Shown here: in pieces, positions 58,410 through 64,000 of the stretch
Numbering within the stretch: the stretch's first letter is position 1
How the letters are laid out: every line of letters begins with the position of its first letter
Assembly (NCBI GenBank): GCA_010909165.1
Contig: MU008181.1
Span: 930,001-994,000 of the forward strand
Source of the DNA: Anthoceros angustus
Lineage: Eukaryota > Plantae > Anthocerotophyta
Direction of reading: 5' to 3'
DNA: 64,000 bases
Position numbers and translations under genes: made by a program
Notes under the pieces: generated by a model
Told to the model about the DNA's origin: nothing
Seen by the model: only the letters and a program-made list of their open reading frames with translations
Database searches by the model: none

Positions 58410-59660
58410 TTACACTTCAAGCAGGTACTCAATCTCTTCAATGAATTCTATGTTATCCAAACCTTCAGTGTATTCAATGAATTCTATATTATCGAATCCT
58501 TCGACAAGGATTTTAATGTTGTTCACTCCTTTGAAAAAGATTTCTATGTTGTGGACTCTTTCTATGTTAACCACTCTTTCCATATATGTTATCCACTCCT
58601 TCGAAAGGAAGATTTCTATGTTGTCCATTCCTTTCGAGTGGTGACCGCCATTTGCCAAGTTTCGCGGTGCCCTTGGAGATGTCCATATTGAAAGAGCCAT
58701 TTCAAAATTCATTCCTGGATCAGAAATATACCACGGACTGGGATCATTGGTTCTGTACACGTCCACTTGAAATTCTATCTGAATCAAGTACGTAGGACCA
58801 AATATCTTTTTCACATAGTGATCGACGCTCACCTCAGTCTGCACCTAGATGGCATTTGCCATTTACTATTGTACGCAAGTTAGCTGGATCTTTTTCTTCC
58901 TTAAAGACTCTATTCATTTGGATACCATATGTTTTGCCTTCACATCCTCCCACCTCCGCAACAACGTTGTCGTTGCCATTGAATTGTCCTTCACAAAATA
59001 CGGAAGGCAGCCTACCTTCTTAGACAAGAAATCCATGAAATTCTTGTCCATGAAAGTCCCTCTGCACAATCCCCCTGTGCTTGACTTCACCTCCCATATC
59101 TTCAATCCGGTCACCCCCTTCACTTCATCACTCCATGCACCACGATGTCCACTGTTCCTCCTCCCAAATCAGCCACTACAAATAAATAATACTCCTGGCT
59201 CCAAACTGAGCTTCTTTGAACTCAACTTCTTCACCTTCTTCATGCAGTAATTGAACGCTGCTTCCGACTCCAACACCATGATTAGTTCAAAAGGGCTGGC
59301 AAAGTCCGTCATCTCCAATGGACAAAAGGGACGCTCGGTTACCAGCCCTGCTCTCTGCACACAATACCTCATCTGCTACTTAACCTTGTCATCCCAAATG
59401 GCAGGCACAATGAAACACTATTGCACCTCCCTCTTCGACATGTGCTTGACATACATGCTTTGTAGATGAGCTATGATGAAATCAGCAATGCTCCTCAAAT
59501 AATCAATTACAACTGTATATAACGTCACACCAGGTGGAAGTTTGCTGTGGTTGCTGTACTTAGCCACTGTACCTAGGTGAAATCTTCTTCTCCTGTTGTG
59601 TCTCCTTATCTTGAGTTTTCTTAGCATGGCCGGCATTGCATGATTCAAGAAACGTTTCAT
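58410..59660 (-). pseudogene. Atypical Hsp70 copy 3 (pseudogene; N-terminus missing, large internal deletion)
   Basis: KLPPGVTLYTVVIDYLRSIADFIIAHLQ..VPAIWDDK..QRAGLVT..IMVLESEAAF..GGLCRGTFMDKNFMDFLSKKV, then the C-terminal block EVSVDHYVKK..VDVYRTNDPSPWYISDPG (cf. copy 1 EEVSVNQCVEKK..VKLYSTLDPNPRYITDPG). Several stops and frameshifts. Confidence 0.85.
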
Positions 59661-61521
59661 TTATGTACAGATATGTACATGTGCAGTCTCGAGTGCCACC
59701 GCTCGGTGACAATGGTTGTCGCGCATGGGTGACAGGCAAGGTTGTCTCATAGGGTGAACAAATGCTGGCACCCCAATCAAATTTGGCCACACCAGGCACG
59801 GCCTCCCAATTTGTGGCAACCTAGTGTGGTGGGTTGTCACTCGTCACTACCTAGTGGAAGCGCTTCGAGACCCGCTCACCTCATTTGAAGGAACAAGTTG
59901 TTGGCAAAGTAGGAAGCCACGAGTTGCCACACTTGTGCAAACAAGGAAGCCCTATGTGTGGCTGAAGTCGGGACTCAAAGGTTTTCCAATCCTGTGGTTC
60001 AAATCCCGTGCCTAGATGTATTACTATTTTATGCAGAAAACATGAAACATGTTCATTTTAAGGTATAGCAATGTTTTGCATTATCTTAAAATGTGGATTT
60101 GCAACGCTTAATGTGGACATAAATATGGATTTGCTTTAAAATCTACTTGATAATTTCAATTTAATATCTATCTTTAATATATTCTATTTTTTTTGTTAAA
60201 GATATTAATTTATTCTTTAAGTTGAAATTTTAATGCAATTTTACTTTAACATTAATTTCCATACTGGCAATCTCAGCTTAACATCTATCTTTAACAATAA
60301 CTTATTTTTCTTTAAGGATGTTATAGTTGTCCTTTAAGTTGAAATTTTAATACAAAATCTACTTTTTAATTTGGAATTTTTATTAGTTTACTTGCGAAGT
60401 CTAGTGGGGCAAGAAGGCCATCGTTGTGTAGAAAAGACTTGGGCGGGCCAAATTGTGAAGATAATAATTGCCCACAATTGCAATTGCCTCCTGAATGATA
60501 AACCCATTGTCATAATTCAGCAATGCTTGCAATTCACTGGCTAAGGCCACCCAAGACTAATTGCCCACACCTTATGGGATGGAATGTGGAGGTGGCTAAG
60601 CCTACATGTAACATAACTCTCGTTTGGGCTAGAGTTTGATGAAAAAGGTTGAAGTGCAAGTCAATTTGAATGGTGGTGAGTCACGAGTCTGATAAAAGAG
60701 GTCAAGTACAAAAATTAAAATATAAAGACAAGTAAGAGAAGGATGATCAATTACAAAAAATTATCACCAATAATAATGAATCATATAAATATAAATTCTG
60801 ATTAAATAATGCCCCTTACTACACAGCCAATGAAGAAGCAACAAGTGCTTGCTTCTAGCTATCTAGGACCTCGCCAATCCATTCTAGAAGAGAGACATGT
60901 ACACACTCAGCACTCTCGATCTCACTACGCAGCATTAGGCTCCAAGTAGCCAGCCGAAACTGACGACTAGCACATGTCATGCTGTGTGATACTAATTTGA
61001 GCGCTTGGGTTTAGTGTTTGATTAGCGTTAATTAATATAATTACTTATCTTTAAGTGAGTAATGAGTCTTAATTAATATAAATGATTATTTTAATTAAGA
61101 GTTGATTGGTATTAATTAAACATGGTTAGCAATAGCTAAGTGGATAAGCACAAGTAATATGCTTTAGAATATTTTTTGCACATTATAGTGTTTTCGTAAG
61201 ATGTTTTCAGCATACGTTAATGTCAATAGAATATCTTAGGAATATGCCGATGCCAAGGGCTAGCATATATAGACCTTTTCTGAGAGGATATATCGGATCA
61301 TGAAACTTGTCTCTGGATATGATCAAGGGTGTTGTGAGGAGGCCAAAGCTATGACTCTGAGAGCAATGTGTGAGAAATTTGTACGTTGTTCTCATGGGGA
61401 GAATGTGTTTATGCCACGGTGTACGAAATACTCTCTCCTATTGTTTATTAGTTTGTATTTATATTTATATATTAAATTTATTTTACTTGTTTGTTAAAGA
61501 AGTGCTCGACACGGTTAAGGG

Positions 61522-61678
61522 GCTGCTCTTTTTTTTATAGAATACACACTTCAATCTCGGTACTGGCTATTAACTTTGACTCAATGACAAGACACATATC
61601 GCGTCCTCGAGGTGCTGCTCTTTATTTATAGAATACACACTTCAATTGGGTACTGGTTATTACCCTTGACTCAATGTC
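61522..61678. repeat. 2 x ~65-bp direct repeat, 92-bp period
   Basis: gctgctcttt.tttatagaatacacacttcaat..ggtactgg.tatta.c.ttgactcaatg at 61522 and 61614. Confidence 0.8.
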
Positions 61679-62350
61679 ACTAGCTAGGCGACATCTTTGA
61701 TCTCCCATTCCCGCAACCACGTCGGCTGCGCCCGTGCGCCATCAACAGAGATTCCGACAAATGCGGCCGGACGGATTCCTCGACTCCAAGAATCGGCATT
61801 CTGGGAGCACACCACCAAGTGCTCCCGTTTAGGGCTGGAAGAAGGAAGTGTCCAGGAGCAAACTTGGCATTACTTACACGGCTGTTAGAACCTTGGCCAG
61901 CATCTTCCACGCGCTGGATTTCCTGGTGCTGAAAGCTGATGGGATACAACCTGATGGCACGCAGGTGCTAGGTCCAATTGATGATGCACAAGCCAGTGCA
62001 AGTGCAGAGCCGGTGTCCAGGCTTCCGAAGAACGTGTAGTGATCTGATGAGCTGTCTGCAACTTGCCTGCCGCCCCGGAGTGACAGGATCCAATTTGGCT
62101 GGCTCCTTCTGTAAACCCGTTGGCTGTTTCAAGAGAAGCCTAAGAAGCCAAAGCCTGGCGCGGAGTACAACTGCCAACCTCATCCAAAAATGCAACAACC
62201 AGGGACAGCAACGCAACTGTGCACCAGCACTTTGAGGAGAGTTGATGCTCAGTTGGGTAGACGGCCTAGAAGATGATGCAAGAATGGAACTTTTAAATGG
62301 ATTCCTCCTAGCACAAATGGTCCAAGTAGGACTCACCATAATCGTTATAT

Positions 62351-64000
62351 TCACCTGCCTCCTCCCGATAAATACTGCTTATCAAAATTCTGCAACTTCT
62401 GTGGACACTCCCTTTTAATTCTCTCGCGTTCACATTTCCGCAGAGACACGTCCTCCCTGGTTCCATCCATTCGGACAAGGAACAGGCAAGGAGACTTGTG
62501 CTGGGGGTGGAGTCCAAACTCCACAAACTTCACTCCACAGCCAATCTTCTCCTTCTCATTGGGATGGAATTTCAGCACATCGGACAAAAGATAGGCCTGG
62601 TCATATCCTGTGAGCTTATCTCCTTCCCGATACTGGCCGTGCAGAACTCTCGTGATCCACTTGTTAGTGTCTCCGAGACTTCCCCCCTCAGCCATCGGCC
62701 CGCCATAATTTCTGTCAGCATTCAAGCGACGTGGCGGCTTGGAACGCCTGTTTTCGGGTGGTGAGTGGCGACCAGGTGGTCCAGCCATGGAATATGGCCT
62801 CATTGCACTCCTGCCCGGGGATGCCCTTCTAGTTTGAACAGGGTGCAAGTGCTCAGCTGAGACAGAAGATGATGGGTTCAACTGGCTGGGCTGAACTTGG
62901 GCACTGGAGTGAACGACGGCAGATGGGCCAGCAGACGATGGCTTTGGCAGACTGGGCTCAATTGAAATCTTAGCTGAGATCCGGTAGTCAACTGGGCGGC
63001 CAGCAGACAATGCGTTCGGTAGTTTGGGATCAACTTGGGTAGTTGGTCTTACAGCTGGGCCAGCAGACAATGGGCTCGGCAGGCTGGGCTCAACTTGGGT
63101 GGTTTGTCTTTGACTCTGCGCTGAGTGCAAGGAGTCAGCTGGGCCAGCAGTCAATCGGTTCAGCAAGTTGGGCTCGGCTCGGGCGGCTGCCTGCAAGACA
63201 ACTGGGTTTGAAGACGGTGGTTTCATCACCTGATCACTTGGCACGTCAGGTGAATGGAGGGGGAACTCTGACCTAGAGGAGGAGACTACATTTACAGGAG
63301 GCATGACAGGGTTAGCAGCTGGTGGACGGGGGGCGGGGGATGGCTCGAATGAGGTTGGACACACACCTTGCCTGAGAGGGTGCGGGGTGGATACCGCTTC
63401 ATCCTGCATATCCGACAGCCACCTTTCTGTATCATTATCCGACGGCGCACTAAGGTACTGACTGGAAGGAGTGGTTGGAATCTGTTCTCCCCCAGACATG
63501 TCTGCAAAGAAAGACAGGAACTCGTGCACATCCATTTTGAACTCTGCCTTGTCAGCCTGGTGATCTTTCCAGATGATCTCCATGTCGGCACCAGTTCCAA
63601 GTTGAACCTCTTTTCCCCAGACAGCCGACGTCACCACACTGGACAGGTTCTCTGTATCACCTCTCATTGACGCCTGAGCAAACTTCCTCAAAGGTTCCTG
63701 GTCAGTAGCCTGAGTGAAGGGTGCGGTTAGCTTGTAGCACATCAGGAACTCTTGGTACCCCGGAGAGCTGATTCCCAAAACGTTGCCTGTGTGCACCATG
63801 GTGTCCGCTATAAGTTTGAGAAGCTTCCTGTCCATCACATTGCCCATGGTACTGGAGGCCAGGGTTAGACGCTGCAAGATGCAGCTCCTGGCAGCACTGA
63901 CGCCCAGATTATGGCGAATTTCTTGGATGCTGCCGGGCAGACTACGCTTCCAGTCTATCAAGTCTGACACCATCATGCATGCGTCTGCCACGATCTGCCA
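62351..64000 (-). CDS. NRPD1/NRPE1: 3' part of an RNA polymerase IV/V largest subunit (domains G/H + CTD with DeCL/DUF3223); gene continues beyond the window
   Basis: LGVSAARSCILQRL, LIADTMVHTGNVLG, APFTQA..P..KFAQASMRGDTENLSSVVTSAVWGKEVQLGTG (Pol IV/V domain H). Terminal DeCL: LSDVLKFHPNEKEKIGCGV..GLHPQHKSPCLFLVRMDGTREDVSLRKC. NRPD1 vs NRPE1 cannot be settled from this fragment. Confidence 0.88.
   Translation of the reverse strand, partial: WQIVADACMMVSDLIDWKRSLPGSIQEIRHNLGVSAARSCILQRLTLASSTMGNVMDRKLLKLIADTMVHTGNVLGISSPGYQEFLMCYKLTAPFTQATDQEPLRKFAQASMRGDTENLSSVVTSAVWGKEVQLGTGADMEIIWKDHQADKAEFKMDVHEFLSFFADMSGGEQIPTTPSSQYLSAPSDNDTERWLSDMQDEAVSTPHPLRQGVCPTSFEPSPAPRPPAANPVMPPVNVVSSSRSEFPLHSPDVPSDQVMKPPSSNPVVLQAAARAEPNLLNRLTAGPADSLHSAQSQRQTTQVEPSLPSPLSAGPAVRPTTQVDPKLPNALSAGRPVDYRISAKISIEPSLPKPSSAGPSAVVHSSAQVQPSQLNPSSSVSAEHLHPVQTRRASPGRSAMRPYSMAGPPGRHSPPENRRSKPPRRLNADRNYGGPMAEGGSLGDTNKWITRVLHGQYREGDKLTGYDQAYLLSDVLKFHPNEKEKIGCGVKFVEFGLHPQHKSPCLFLVRMDGTREDVSLRKCERERIKRECPQKLQNFDKQYLSGGGR
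62855..63185 (-). repeat. ~5 imperfect 20-28-aa Pro/Ser repeats in the Pol IV/V CTD linker
   Basis: ccagcagac/ccagcagtc anchors at ~62928, 63000, 63060 and 63144 encode AEPNLLNRLTAGP, QVEPSLPSPLSAGP, QVDPKLPNALSAGR, SIEPSLPKPSSAGP, QVQPSQLNPSSSVS. Confidence 0.8.

Noticed and set aside
59955-60012. tRNA-like A box (tggctgaagtcgg) and B box (ggttcaaatcc)
   Set aside because: T-stem and acceptor stem do not pair and there is no anticodon arm; not a tRNA gene. At most a decayed tRNA-derived SINE.
61300-61497. 65-aa ORF MKLVSGYDQGCCEEAKAMTLRAMCEKFVRCSHGE
   Set aside because: No recognisable family; runs into AT-rich low-complexity DNA.
61680-62354. Possible PPR fragment (ALDFLVLKADGIQPDG) or small ORFs downstream of the Pol IV/V gene
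   Set aside because: A single weak motif with no repeat continuation; more likely 3' UTR or intergenic DNA.

Overview
Nuclear DNA of a land plant. Short GT-AG introns, PLS-type PPR relics and a Pol IV/V largest subunit point to a non-seed plant such as a hornwort, fern or lycophyte (inference). Apparently intact or near-intact genes: an intronless HSPA12-type atypical Hsp70/actin-fold ATPase (3437-5599, -); a 13-exon, ~4,860-aa sacsin-like protein with a C-terminal RING finger (6067-22406, -), whose frame is broken only by an exact 65-bp tandem duplication; COX5B (30233-30802, +); a four-helix-bundle-like + ARM-repeat protein with no U-box (31353-33670, -); an uncharacterised Ser/Lys/Arg-rich protein (36791-38787, -); and the 3' end of an NRPD1/NRPE1-type subunit whose CTD has a DeCL domain and Pro/Ser repeats but no GW hooks (62351->64000, -). 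The most striking structure is a local birth-and-death family of the atypical Hsp70: one intact copy, two pseudogenes and one relic. Two of these copies are each followed directly by a decayed genomic copy of the sacsin 3' region. The rest is TE-derived: a truncated Ty3/gypsy element with an inverted gag segment, and a complete 12.9-kb chromovirus (LTRs, PBS, PPT, ATAGA TSD) carrying an LTR-less copia interior and a 2.5-kb internal duplication. Indel patterns in the repeats suggest consensus errors, so frameshifts need read-level checks. All homology calls are from motif recognition by eye; no searches were run.
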